64,000 nt of DNA, taken from positions 160,001 to 224,000 of the forward strand of contig OZ245020.1 in assembly GCA_965223865.1 (NCBI GenBank), given 5' to 3'. Below the pieces are notes generated by a model, which made no database searches, was not told the DNA's origin, and saw only the letters and a list, made by a program, of their open reading frames with translations. The stretch comes from Nitrosarchaeum sp. Its GTDB lineage: Archaea; Thermoproteota; Nitrososphaeria; Nitrososphaerales; Nitrosopumilaceae. This document shows, in pieces, positions 40,919-50,202 of the stretch. Within the stretch, counting starts at the first letter, position 1, and the number at the start of each line of letters is the position of its first letter. Both the position numbers and the translations under genes were made by a program.

Positions 40919-42130
40919 TTAGTCGATTCTTTGAGATTCTGAGATTTTCCAGCAGTGATCATAAGTAAACAAATCAACACCACCAAGTCTGTCAATCCAT
41001 TTAGGAACTACTTCATCAGTGCATTGTTGTGTTATTGTATCAGCATAGATTTGGAACACTAGCCAAGGATTAGAGAATCCAACTTCTTGTCCTATTGCCA
41101 TAAAAGATACTTCTTGGTTGGCTTTAGCTGCACTAGCTTGAATGTCTTGGAAGTATTCTTTTTGGATTTGAACATCTTCAGGAGTTCCAAGACGTGTCAA
41201 GTGTCCTCCAACTAATATATCAAAGTCATATTCTAGAACTTTGTCATGTGCTGCAAGAAATTCTGGAACATCTTGTGCCATTGCCAAATCTTTGAATGGT
41301 GTCCATCCAGGGAAGATTACATCAATTAACATCAGAACTTTTTGGTTTGGAGCATAGATGAAGATGTTTCCTGGTTCATGCATTGGTCCATGATATGCCA
41401 ATTCTAATCTTTGAGTTCCAACTTCAAGCGTGTAAGTATCCTCAAATGTTACAGTTGGTATTGGTCTATTAGGATCATTTCTTTTTGAAAGCGTGTCAGC
41501 TGCTTCTTGATGTGCTATGTATACTACATCATCAGGAAACATGTTCATTGCTCCTACATGATCATTGTGAGTATGGCTGTAAATTACATGAGTAATTGGT
41601 TCTTCAGTAACTTCGGCAATTGCTTTGAGATAGTTTTCTCCAATTGATGGAGGAGCATCAACTACAATAACTCCTTTTCCAGTTGTAAGAAACATTGCCT
41701 GGTATGCACCTTCAGTAACCCAGTAAAGTCCATCTTTGATTTCTTCAACCAAATATCCTTTGGAGTAATCAATTTGAGGACCTATTGATGTTTCAGGAAG
41801 TGGTGCTGCTGTTCTCATCTTTTCAGGATGTACCTCAAACATTGAGGCTAAAACTTGCATATTTGCAGAGTCTTCAAGAATTGTTCCCCATCCACGTTCA
41901 ACTAAAGCAGATGCAGTGGAGGGAGTCACACATGCAATTCTTCCATGAGTGCTTTCCATCCAAATTTTGTCAACACAAATTGGAGAGGAATCAGCATTTA
42001 CATCTAAGATAGAATTTGAGAAAATGATTCCTGATGTTAAAATTAACAATGACAAAAACACGTAATCAGATTTCAAACTATTTGAAATTGTGTTTAGTAT
42101 CTTAAAAGTCAATTCTTCCCATCTCCCCAT
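40919..42130 (-). CDS. Secreted MBL-fold metallo-hydrolase
   Basis: YSHTHNDH, H..GN, VGGH; signal peptide and ACVTP...ERGWG module; start uncertain. Confidence 0.88.
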   Translation of the reverse strand: MGRWEELTFKILNTISNSLKSDYVFLSLLILTSGIIFSNSILDVNADSSPICVDKIWMESTHGRIACVTPSTASALVERGWGTILEDSANMQVLASMFEVHPEKMRTAAPLPETSIGPQIDYSKGYLVEEIKDGLYWVTEGAYQAMFLTTGKGVIVVDAPPSIGENYLKAIAEVTEEPITHVIYSHTHNDHVGAMNMFPDDVVYIAHQEAADTLSKRNDPNRPIPTVTFEDTYTLEVGTQRLELAYHGPMHEPGNIFIYAPNQKVLMLIDVIFPGWTPFKDLAMAQDVPEFLAAHDKVLEYDFDILVGGHLTRLGTPEDVQIQKEYFQDIQASAAKANQEVSFMAIGQEVGFSNPWLVFQIYADTITQQCTDEVVPKWIDRLGGVDLFTYDHCWKISESQRID

Positions 42131-42998
42131 TTTGAAAATCCTTGATTGCTTGCTGTAATTCTTCTTCAGTATTCATCACAAATGGACCGTATCGTTTTAC
42201 TGGTTCTCCAATTGGAGTTCCCCCTAACAAAAGTAATTCCAAAGATTCTGTTGCGTCACTAGGGTTAGAGAAAGTAATCTCGTTTCCATTGTTTTCAAAG
42301 AATACAGCTTGTTCCTTTTTTGCAAGTTTTTGTTCAATACCAAATAATCCCTGACCTTGTGCAATGTATGCAAAGGTGTTGAAATTATTTGGAATTTCTT
42401 GTTTAACTTGAGCTCCTGGTTGCAATGAAAAATGCAAATACATTATGGGAATTTTAGTATCAATTACTGCCTTTTTTCCCATTGATTGACCAGCAATTAC
42501 CTTTACACGAACTTTACCGTCTTTACTTTGAGAGACAGGAATCTTATCTGATGGAATCTCTTGATAACGTGGCTTTGTCATCTTATCTTTTTTTGGTAAG
42601 TTAACCCATAATTGGAATCCATGTAGTCTCCCACCTTTTTGTGCAAATTTGTTTTCTGGCATCTCAGAATGAACAATACCAGATCCTGCAGTCATCCATT
42701 GCACATCTCCAGAATGAAGTTTACCTGAATGTCCTTTGGAGTCTTTATGCTCAAAAGAACCATCAATTACGTATGTTACAGTCTCAAATCCGCGATGAGG
42801 ATGTGCTGAGGCTCCTTTTGCTTCTCCTTTTTCTAATATTACAGGTCCCATCTCATCTAATAACAAGAAAGGATCAAAATCTCTTAAAGCATAATTTGGG
42901 ATTGGTCTATGTACAGTAAAGCCATCGCCTTCAAGAGTAGTTTTAGCAGTAACTATCTCTGAAACATTTCTTTGGTTGGATTTCTGAACTTGTGTCAT
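42102..42998 (-). CDS. Pirin-family protein
   Basis: DPFLLLDE, HPHRGFETVTY, QWMTAGSGIVHSE, GFQLWVNLP, GPFVMNT. Confidence 0.96.
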   Translation of the reverse strand: MTQVQKSNQRNVSEIVTAKTTLEGDGFTVHRPIPNYALRDFDPFLLLDEMGPVILEKGEAKGASAHPHRGFETVTYVIDGSFEHKDSKGHSGKLHSGDVQWMTAGSGIVHSEMPENKFAQKGGRLHGFQLWVNLPKKDKMTKPRYQEIPSDKIPVSQSKDGKVRVKVIAGQSMGKKAVIDTKIPIMYLHFSLQPGAQVKQEIPNNFNTFAYIAQGQGLFGIEQKLAKKEQAVFFENNGNEITFSNPSDATESLELLLLGGTPIGEPVKRYGPFVMNTEEELQQAIKDFQNGEMGRIDF

Positions 42999-43073
42999 GA
43001 GAAAAATTACGTATTTTATTATATAATCAGGCTGTCTACTTTGTATTGCAAAGCTTACCCCTAGGAGATTATC

Positions 43074-43616
43074 ATGCCAACTAAAAATACAGAGACTGCT
43101 TCGTTTAGGTTGGATTCAGATAGTTTAGAGAAGCTCAGAAAAGAAGCTGAAGACAACGATTTGAGTCTCAATCAATTGCTAAATCAAGTAATTGGAAATC
43201 ATGTGAATTTTCGCTCTGTTGCAAAATCAGCTGGTTTTATGACAATCCCAAAACCTGTTCTCAAAAGAATCATGGGAAAATTCTCTGAAGAGGAAGCAAG
43301 AGAAATCGGAAGAGAACATTCTGAAAAAGATGCAGAATCTATTCTTTGTATGCTTAGAAATGAATTCAATGTAGATGATTTTCTAGACACAATGGAATAT
43401 TGGGTCAAGGATGCAGGTTTTTCAATTAGACATGACGTTGAAAATGATATTCACAAGTATGTAATTCAGCATGAACTTGGAAAAAACTGGTCATTATACA
43501 TGTCAGAGTTTATCAGCCAAACAATAGAAAAAATGACTCGAAGAAAAGTAGAATCACGAATTACAGACAATACAGTTGCATTTACTGTCGATAAATCAAA
43601 AGTGGTTGAAGGATAG
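43074..43616 (+). CDS. Ribbon-helix-helix regulator with C-terminal sensor-like domain
   Basis: TASFRLD...LRKEAE..SLNQLLNQV RHH; IQHELGKNWS; divergent from pirin. Confidence 0.75.
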   Translation: MPTKNTETASFRLDSDSLEKLRKEAEDNDLSLNQLLNQVIGNHVNFRSVAKSAGFMTIPKPVLKRIMGKFSEEEAREIGREHSEKDAESILCMLRNEFNVDDFLDTMEYWVKDAGFSIRHDVENDIHKYVIQHELGKNWSLYMSEFISQTIEKMTRRKVESRITDNTVAFTVDKSKVVEG

Positions 43617-43897
43617 GCTCACAGGCCAATAGTCGTTTTGCAAATATTGGCATAATAATCACTGCTTGTTGTTAATTGAAAATCTGTGATTCTACTTTCT
43701 TAAATTTGATTTTTGAACCAGAAACTGTAATGTTGGTGAAGAAAAAAGGCCTACTCCTATAATCACAGCACAACATGTATGGGGTATAGATAAGGACCCA
43801 AAAAGTGGTATAACGTTACAGTTTATAGATTCATACTTGTTTGGAAACTAATGAAAGTTTAGCTATACAGTTTTACGCATGGTTTATGGATTAGAAT

Positions 43898-44233
43898 CTA
43901 CTCAAATTGTAAATTCCATTGCTTTGACCAACGTCTTATTAGAAAAATTGCAAACAATATCGTTCCTATTTGAACTCCTACTGAAAATATGAATTGGTTA
44001 TCATCTACTCCATAGTAAAAAATCATGACATTTGTGAATCCTTCCACCAAATCTTCATCTTCTGTGGGCAAAAAAACAGATGATGCAATTGATACTGGTA
44101 TTGCTACAACAAGAATCATTATCATCAGATATTTTCGTAGTTTTTTTACTCGATATGCTGCATACATGTCAAGAATCGGAATTATGCAGAAAATTGTTTG
44201 AATCGTCAGGTCTACTTTTCCTTTTGCAGGCAT
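43898..44233 (-). CDS. Hypothetical membrane protein
   Basis: QTIFCIIPILD.YA.YRVKKLRK; 3 TM. Confidence 0.75.
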   Translation of the reverse strand: MPAKGKVDLTIQTIFCIIPILDMYAAYRVKKLRKYLMIMILVVAIPVSIASSVFLPTEDEDLVEGFTNVMIFYYGVDDNQFIFSVGVQIGTILFAIFLIRRWSKQWNLQFE

Positions 44234-44350
44234 GGTTTTATGAAAATATGATGATTAATTATACTTGCTACTCAAAAACAGTTCAGGCCTATGTGGAATT
44301 GAACTCAAAAAGAGGATACTTTATGAATATCTAATTTGGAGACGAATAAA

Positions 44351-44998
44351 ATGAAATTTTTTATTATGATACTTCTTGCAATTTTGGTTTCAGGTACTTT
44401 TCTTATATCTAACATAAGTGCAGAAAAACAATTAGAACTCTTGGTAAGTCCAATCATCCCAAAACTTGTCCATTCTGATGAACCTGTTGATTCTCTGATA
44501 ATTCGAGATGTTAACAACAGCCCTGTTTGGGATGGTGCACTATATCCGATTGTTGGGATTGATTTTGTTGAAGGAAATGCATATCACATTATTGCAAAAA
44601 AATCTGATGATTTTCAATTTCCTGAAAATAAAAAATATGAATTGATTGAAATTAAACATATTTTCAAACCTCATAAACCATATTCTTGGAAGAGTCTTTG
44701 TGCTCCTGGGTATCTCATAGATCCTCATGGCGATGATTGTGTGTTTGTTTTTAGGTGTAGTGAAGATGCATATCCAGGAAGACCATGTATCATAAATTGG
44801 ACAGAACAAGATTATCTTAGACCGTTACACCAACAAAAAGTAGGAATATTGCCCGAAGATACAATTTGTTTGGAAAATTTACAATTAATTATTGACAATG
44901 ACAACACTCCGGTTTGTGTAAAACAATCCTCTGTTGAAAAATTGTTGGAACGTGGTTTCATACTTGGAAAAAATAACAATGATTCACCATACGATTAG
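44351..44998 (+). CDS. Secreted hypothetical protein (array member 1)
   Basis: MKFF signal peptide; C-terminal PVCVK..SVEKLLERG module. Confidence 0.75.
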   Translation: MKFFIMILLAILVSGTFLISNISAEKQLELLVSPIIPKLVHSDEPVDSLIIRDVNNSPVWDGALYPIVGIDFVEGNAYHIIAKKSDDFQFPENKKYELIEIKHIFKPHKPYSWKSLCAPGYLIDPHGDDCVFVFRCSEDAYPGRPCIINWTEQDYLRPLHQQKVGILPEDTICLENLQLIIDNDNTPVCVKQSSVEKLLERGFILGKNNNDSPYD

Positions 44999-45006
44999 TC
45001 TAGAAA

Positions 45007-45759
45007 ATGAAAACTAGAGTTCTAATCGTTCTTGGTATAATTTTGGCAGCAACCACTATGACTGCTTTTTTTATTTTTCCTGGTGTTTCCCACTTTGTAT
45101 TAGGCAATGATACTCTGACAAATCAAAATCTGGATGTACATCTGAATGTTACTGGAATCAAATCTCACTATGAAATTGGTGAGCCTATTGCATTTTCTGT
45201 TCAAGTAAAATCACTGGGAAAAACTGTGCCCTGGCCGCAATATCGCATTTACCAAGATTACGTGGACATTTCCTCCGAACCAGTCTATTCCAGAATGTAC
45301 ATGACTCCAATAGAGCCAGAAGACAGACAAAACTCATTTGAATGGAGAGAGAAAACCTGGAATTTTCCTCTAGAGGATGATGACCCAATCAGGTTTTCTG
45401 ATAAAGGAAACTATACTCTCCGTGTAGACGTTGATGCAAAAAAACATGCTTTGGTTGATTTTCAGATAGTTGATTACAAAAATCCAGAAAGAGATGCCAA
45501 ACTGGATGCTGGATACAAGCTGTATCCTGGTGTTGGTTGGGTACCTCCTGATGAACTAGAAAATCAACAGCCGCTCTACAGGGTCAATCCAGACAATCCT
45601 GGAGAACTAATTTTAGATGTTGATGCGATGCAACAAGTTCAGGAGATTTTAGATTATTGTGGTCCTCCAAAATATCAGGGATTTGCATATGGTCTGGAAT
45701 ATTCCAATGGAACGCATGTCATTGACAACAATTCTTGCGAATGGAGAAAAATAAAATGA
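45007..45759 (+). CDS. Secreted hypothetical protein (array member 2, MKTR start)
   Basis: MKTRVLIVLG signal; Ig-like GIKSHYEIGE segment. Confidence 0.8.
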   Translation: MKTRVLIVLGIILAATTMTAFFIFPGVSHFVLGNDTLTNQNLDVHLNVTGIKSHYEIGEPIAFSVQVKSLGKTVPWPQYRIYQDYVDISSEPVYSRMYMTPIEPEDRQNSFEWREKTWNFPLEDDDPIRFSDKGNYTLRVDVDAKKHALVDFQIVDYKNPERDAKLDAGYKLYPGVGWVPPDELENQQPLYRVNPDNPGELILDVDAMQQVQEILDYCGPPKYQGFAYGLEYSNGTHVIDNNSCEWRKIK

Positions 45760-46148
45760 AAACCAGCAAGCTGATCATGACAGGAATTTTGGGAGTCATA
45801 CTGTATGTTGTTGTGATGTTTTCTTTTCTGATATTTGTTGCCTCGCCGCTCCAGCAACAGGCAATGATGAAATACGAATCAACTGATCTTGCAAAACAAT
45901 TTCTGGAAACCTATCCTGAGTCGGGAATAGTGGCAACTTCTGGCGATTTTTTTGAGAAGCATACGAGTTTTACATATTCTAAAAATGCCAGATGGGTTTC
46001 GTTGACATTTTCTGAGGGAATTGATGGTCAAAAAACAGTCTACAAGTGTGAAAGAATCACCTCCTCACAGGAACCAGCAGAGATATTCTACTTCGAGGAC
46101 CCCTCTCCTGAAACCATCAAAAACAACGTATGTGGAGAATATGATTAG
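45756..46148 (+). CDS. Membrane-anchored hypothetical protein (array member 3, MKTS start)
   Basis: ATGA overlap with previous stop. Confidence 0.75.
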   Translation: MKTSKLIMTGILGVILYVVVMFSFLIFVASPLQQQAMMKYESTDLAKQFLETYPESGIVATSGDFFEKHTSFTYSKNARWVSLTFSEGIDGQKTVYKCERITSSQEPAEIFYFEDPSPETIKNNVCGEYD

Positions 46149-46151
46149 AAA

Positions 46152-47228
46152 ATGAAAACCAGACTCTTGATACTCCTTGCATCTGTTGGATTGTTGGTTT
46201 TGATTCCACACGCATTTGCCTCCGAATCATTCCATGGAACCTCAAGTTTTGAGAATGCCCCTTTAGAACTAACCCCGGGAAAACCGACAAAGTTTGAAAT
46301 AAAATTCCGATACACAGAGGGCCCATACGCCCTAAGCAATCTTTCTCCAATAATTGATGTCAGTCCTGCCAGTGCCATCCCAACGGTTCGAATTGATACA
46401 GAACCGCTTGAAGGAATTACACAAGGTCAAGTTGCAAGGATTCCTGTAACAGTTACAGTAAACCCAAACATAGACCATGAAAAGATATTTCTCAGCATTT
46501 CTTTTACTGGGAATCATTTTTCTAGTCGCTCTGATGCATTTTACAAAAGCTCTTGGACAGATTCAATTGCATTTGATATTGCTCCAAAAGACAAGGCGGA
46601 TATTTTTGTAGACTATGAAATCATTCCATGGGAAGATTTTGAATATGAAATCATAGGAAAGGGCGCAATATTCAAAAATGATCTAATGGGACTGGCAATT
46701 CTGGAGGCAGGAACACAATATTTTGCTATCGTAAAGGCTGAATTTACAGAATCAAGTTTCGGGGACAAACCAACAGCAGTTGATGCAACAGCAGGATACG
46801 CAATCAAGAAAGGTGACCACATACCACGCCCGCCAATGCATGAAAATGCAACAGATAAGGAGCATATGGAATTTTCAATGAAACAGCAAAAACTAATTGA
46901 AGAATTTCCTAAACAAAGTTCAATAGAAGACTCGTATGACTTTGTAGTTGACGTTAAAAACCCATTTTACATCAAATTTCCATTTGTAGTTGAGGAATCC
47001 GGACAGTACACAAGACAGTTCTATAGGACAACTCATATCTTTGAAGGTCCTAGTGGATCTGCTATGGGCGGTCTTGTTGTAGTTGACAAATTCAGCAAGG
47101 CAGTTGATGAAAACAGCGTATGCAAAAATGAAGATTTTAGGCGCCTGATAAAACATGATTATTCCACAGTAGTATGTGTTACGGGAGAAACGGCTTGGAA
47201 ATTAATAGGGCGTGGGTGGGGAATATAA
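46152..47228 (+). CDS. Secreted hypothetical protein (array member 4, MKTR start)
   Basis: MKTRLLILL..AFA signal; C-terminal VCVTGETAWKLIGRGWG module. Confidence 0.8.
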   Translation: MKTRLLILLASVGLLVLIPHAFASESFHGTSSFENAPLELTPGKPTKFEIKFRYTEGPYALSNLSPIIDVSPASAIPTVRIDTEPLEGITQGQVARIPVTVTVNPNIDHEKIFLSISFTGNHFSSRSDAFYKSSWTDSIAFDIAPKDKADIFVDYEIIPWEDFEYEIIGKGAIFKNDLMGLAILEAGTQYFAIVKAEFTESSFGDKPTAVDATAGYAIKKGDHIPRPPMHENATDKEHMEFSMKQQKLIEEFPKQSSIEDSYDFVVDVKNPFYIKFPFVVEESGQYTRQFYRTTHIFEGPSGSAMGGLVVVDKFSKAVDENSVCKNEDFRRLIKHDYSTVVCVTGETAWKLIGRGWGI

Positions 47229-47836
47229 AAACTAGAACTCAAATCATATTACTTTCAATTATTTTCATTGTAGGTTCTGTATCGATACTTTATGCAGTTC
47301 AGATTCCTCACTATTCTTTGGAGATTAAAGGAATGAAAGATACGTACCATATTGGGGAACAATACTCATTTTACTATACATTATCAGGATTTGGACACAC
47401 ATGTCATTCTTGGATCGTGTCTTATCCTGATCAGAATGGAGAGTTTAATCAAGCTGGAGAAGCTATTGATTGTTCTAGACCTACCAACAAAGAACTTTCT
47501 TATGATTCTAGAAAAGACTCTAGAATATTTTCATCCAAAATTCCAGAAATTGAAGGCAAATATAATGTTACAGTATCACTAGAAGATTTAGAACCTGTAA
47601 TTTATGAATTCAGAGTTATATCTTCCTCTCAGAATGCCTATGAATTAGATGAAGCGTTGTGTATAGGAGGAAGAGGTTACATTGTTAATGACGAATGTGA
47701 ACGAATTGGAAAATATGATTCTGTTACAGGACTTCCAATAGTTGAAAACAAAGAACAATGTGACATGTTAGAGGGCAAGTGGGATGAAAAACAAAAAACT
47801 TGTGATTCAAAATATGGAAAAGAAAATGAAAATTAG
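47225..47836 (+). CDS. Secreted hypothetical protein (array member 5; start codon ATA instead of ATG)
   Basis: ATAAAAACTAGA = (I)KTRTQIILL; Ig-like GMKDTYHIGE; ends ENEN*. Confidence 0.65.
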   Translation: MKTRTQIILLSIIFIVGSVSILYAVQIPHYSLEIKGMKDTYHIGEQYSFYYTLSGFGHTCHSWIVSYPDQNGEFNQAGEAIDCSRPTNKELSYDSRKDSRIFSSKIPEIEGKYNVTVSLEDLEPVIYEFRVISSSQNAYELDEALCIGGRGYIVNDECERIGKYDSVTGLPIVENKEQCDMLEGKWDEKQKTCDSKYGKENEN

Positions 47837-48029
47837 ACTCTTGATTGTTGCAGGGATTGTTATTTTCTTGGTTGGGATTTCTGTATTGGCATATGAGATA
47901 TTTGGAGATTTGAATTTTAAACTTAGTTCAGACATAGAAGTTTCAATAATATTTTATGTGATAGTTCCGGGATTGGCAATTTCTGGCATAGGCATTGTTT
48001 TAGAGTTTGCAAAAAAGGAGTGTGATTAA
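47826..48029 (+). CDS. Small 2-TM protein (array member 6, MKIR start)
   Basis: GAAAATGAAAATTAGACTC junction. Confidence 0.7.
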   Translation: MKIRLLIVAGIVIFLVGISVLAYEIFGDLNFKLSSDIEVSIIFYVIVPGLAISGIGIVLEFAKKECD

Positions 48030-48491
48030 TGAAAACATATCCTATCCCTATAATTATCTGTTACTGTTCTAGTGGCATATTTTTCTATTTCATCAACAGC
48101 TATGCAAGAAAATAGTTTATCAAAACAATGCGACATTCCATATGATGTAAATTTTATAGAAAGAAGAGGAGTACCTTCAGCACCCAATGATGGAAAGCCA
48201 CACTATTCAATTGCAGAAGAATTTTCAATTTTCTATACTGTTCCAATTGGAGAATTTAGTGTAGATGATGTCTCTCATTCTTTAATATTGAAACCAGTAC
48301 CAACTTCGCATGGTTACATCATAATGTGTGATCCTTTACCTGTTTTAGAAAAAAGATTTGAGACAAAAATGCATGGATTGTTCGTTCTTGTAGACAACGA
48401 AGAGATTGAACCCAATTTGGTAAATAATGTGTTAAGAATTGATGTTAGTGGCAACACTAGCGTGGAGATTATAGGATTCAGGTTTGTTTGA
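48029..48491 (+). pseudogene. Secreted hypothetical protein (array member 7), MKT start out of frame with body
   Basis: TAATG overlap MKTYPIPI; body ORF 48072-48491 is 1 nt out of frame; VLVDNEE motif. Confidence 0.55.
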
Positions 48492-48560
48492 AAATGAAAA
48501 CTATGATTTTTGTCATTTCAATTATTCGCGAAATTAAAAAAATAAAAAAGAACAGATATG

Positions 48561-49610
48561 TTATTCCTCTACTATGAACAAACCTATCATCCCTGCATCT
48601 GCATGGCCAACCACATGGCAATGGAACAACCAAATTGCGGGTTTGTCGGGCTTGACAATGAATGACTCTAGCGTTCCCTGAACTAGCGGAAATGTCTGCG
48701 AAGTTATTGTAGTACCTCTCTCGTTTGTGCTTGAAATCATCTTGTTTCCGTGCAGATGAAATGAATGAATTTGCTCACCAAGATTTGTAACGTGAAACTC
48801 AACTGTTTCTCCAACCTTTGCCTTGTAGACTGGCAGTGTATAATTGAACTGCTCAACAACGCCATCCAGTCCTTCTTCTGCAAAGATTTCTTCAAGAGCC
48901 TTTTCTCCGCCTGGTACACCCATTCCGTTCATGATATAGTATGGCACGGGTCCCTTCTCCATTCTTTCAACGTCATGGCCTATTTCTGCCATCACGATTG
49001 GAATGTGTCTGTCAATGTATGGTCTTGGGGGATTTCTTTCGATTATGATATTTCCATAAAGACCCTGCAAAATATGGTCCTTGATTCCAAGGCCCTTAGA
49101 TGCTGCATGGTCATGGAAAAATGTCGTTCCCCAATCATCTACATTGTATTCATACGTCCATTCCCCTCCTGGTGGAATCATTGAGCCTGCTCCAACTCCC
49201 GTGATTACGTTTACTGGGGATCCGTCATGTTTAGGATCATAGTCACTCATGTGGGCATGGAAGCTGTGAGTCACGTCATGATTGTTGATTACCCTGACTC
49301 GCAGCAGGTCTCCTTGGCTTGCCAATAGAGTCGGTGCGGGCACTGTTCCGTTGTATGTCCAAGCGTGCCAGACTGCGTTGTCTGATACTTGAATGTCTGT
49401 CTGCTCAATTATCAACGTATACTCCCTGACTGGCTGTTCCTCAGCTTTGGCAACCTGTGGATGTAAATCAGATACGCCTTGCGTCTGAACATCAGAGACA
49501 TTATGTGTTTCTGCGTTTAGGTTTGGCAAGAACTGAATGTTTCCTGTTGCTGCTACAATTAAAATTGCAAGCAGGATTGGAATTCCTATCAAACCAATTT
49601 TTTTCTGCAT
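48561..49610 (-). CDS. Two-domain multicopper oxidase
   Basis: Signal peptide; WTYNGTVPAP, HSFHAH, FHDH; HSFHLHG, WLFHCHVVGHADAGM. Confidence 0.92.
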   Translation of the reverse strand: MQKKIGLIGIPILLAILIVAATGNIQFLPNLNAETHNVSDVQTQGVSDLHPQVAKAEEQPVREYTLIIEQTDIQVSDNAVWHAWTYNGTVPAPTLLASQGDLLRVRVINNHDVTHSFHAHMSDYDPKHDGSPVNVITGVGAGSMIPPGGEWTYEYNVDDWGTTFFHDHAASKGLGIKDHILQGLYGNIIIERNPPRPYIDRHIPIVMAEIGHDVERMEKGPVPYYIMNGMGVPGGEKALEEIFAEEGLDGVVEQFNYTLPVYKAKVGETVEFHVTNLGEQIHSFHLHGNKMISSTNERGTTITSQTFPLVQGTLESFIVKPDKPAIWLFHCHVVGHADAGMIGLFIVEE

Positions 49611-49804
49611 AATGACTTTCTCTGTGTTGTTAAATTAAATCAAAAGTTGTTTCTCCGTTTTAGCAATTAACAGATGGATTCTTATGGGATTTCATATCTC
49701 TGAACTGTAACAAACTTTTCTTAGTTCTTGATCCTGCGAATAAACTAAACAATGAAACCTGAACTGATGTCCATGTTGTCTAATTTAGATTCAAATTCTT
49801 ATAT

Positions 49805-50152
49805 TTACAATAGCATATTATCGTCTAGTTTTCCTATTATTTCATTTCTTTTCTCATTATCGTTAATTCGTTTGATAAATTCTTTAATTGATCTTCTGAC
49901 ATATTCTGCAATTTCTCCACGTTCTACTCTTTCTTTATGAAATGACAGAAACCTCATCACATTTGCTGTAACCCAACTGTTTCCGTTCTTTTTTGATTTT
50001 GAGATGAACTGTTTTGCTTGCTCTGCTAGGTTGCCTTGCAGTTCTAGAAAATCAAAAAAGTTTCGCATCCTTCTTTTGTATCGGTCTTTAGTAGCATCGC
50101 TCTTCATTGCATACAGGAACAATTCCAATGGTTCTGATTCGTATTCTGCCAT
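49805..50152 (-). pseudogene. Truncated tyrosine integrase (N-terminal domain only)
   Basis: FLYAMKSDATKDRY.RR...FFDFL...ERVERGEI resembles thaumarchaeal integrase N-termini; next to tRNA att; no catalytic R-HxxR-Y domain. Confidence 0.75.
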
Positions 50153-50202
50153 TTTTCTGCCTTCTGTTACACTTGGAACCAATAAAAGAACCACTAAAGG
50201 AG

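Noticed and set aside
48561-49610. Call as nitrite reductase nirK
   Set aside because: Type-1 Cu Cys is in domain 2, not domain 1
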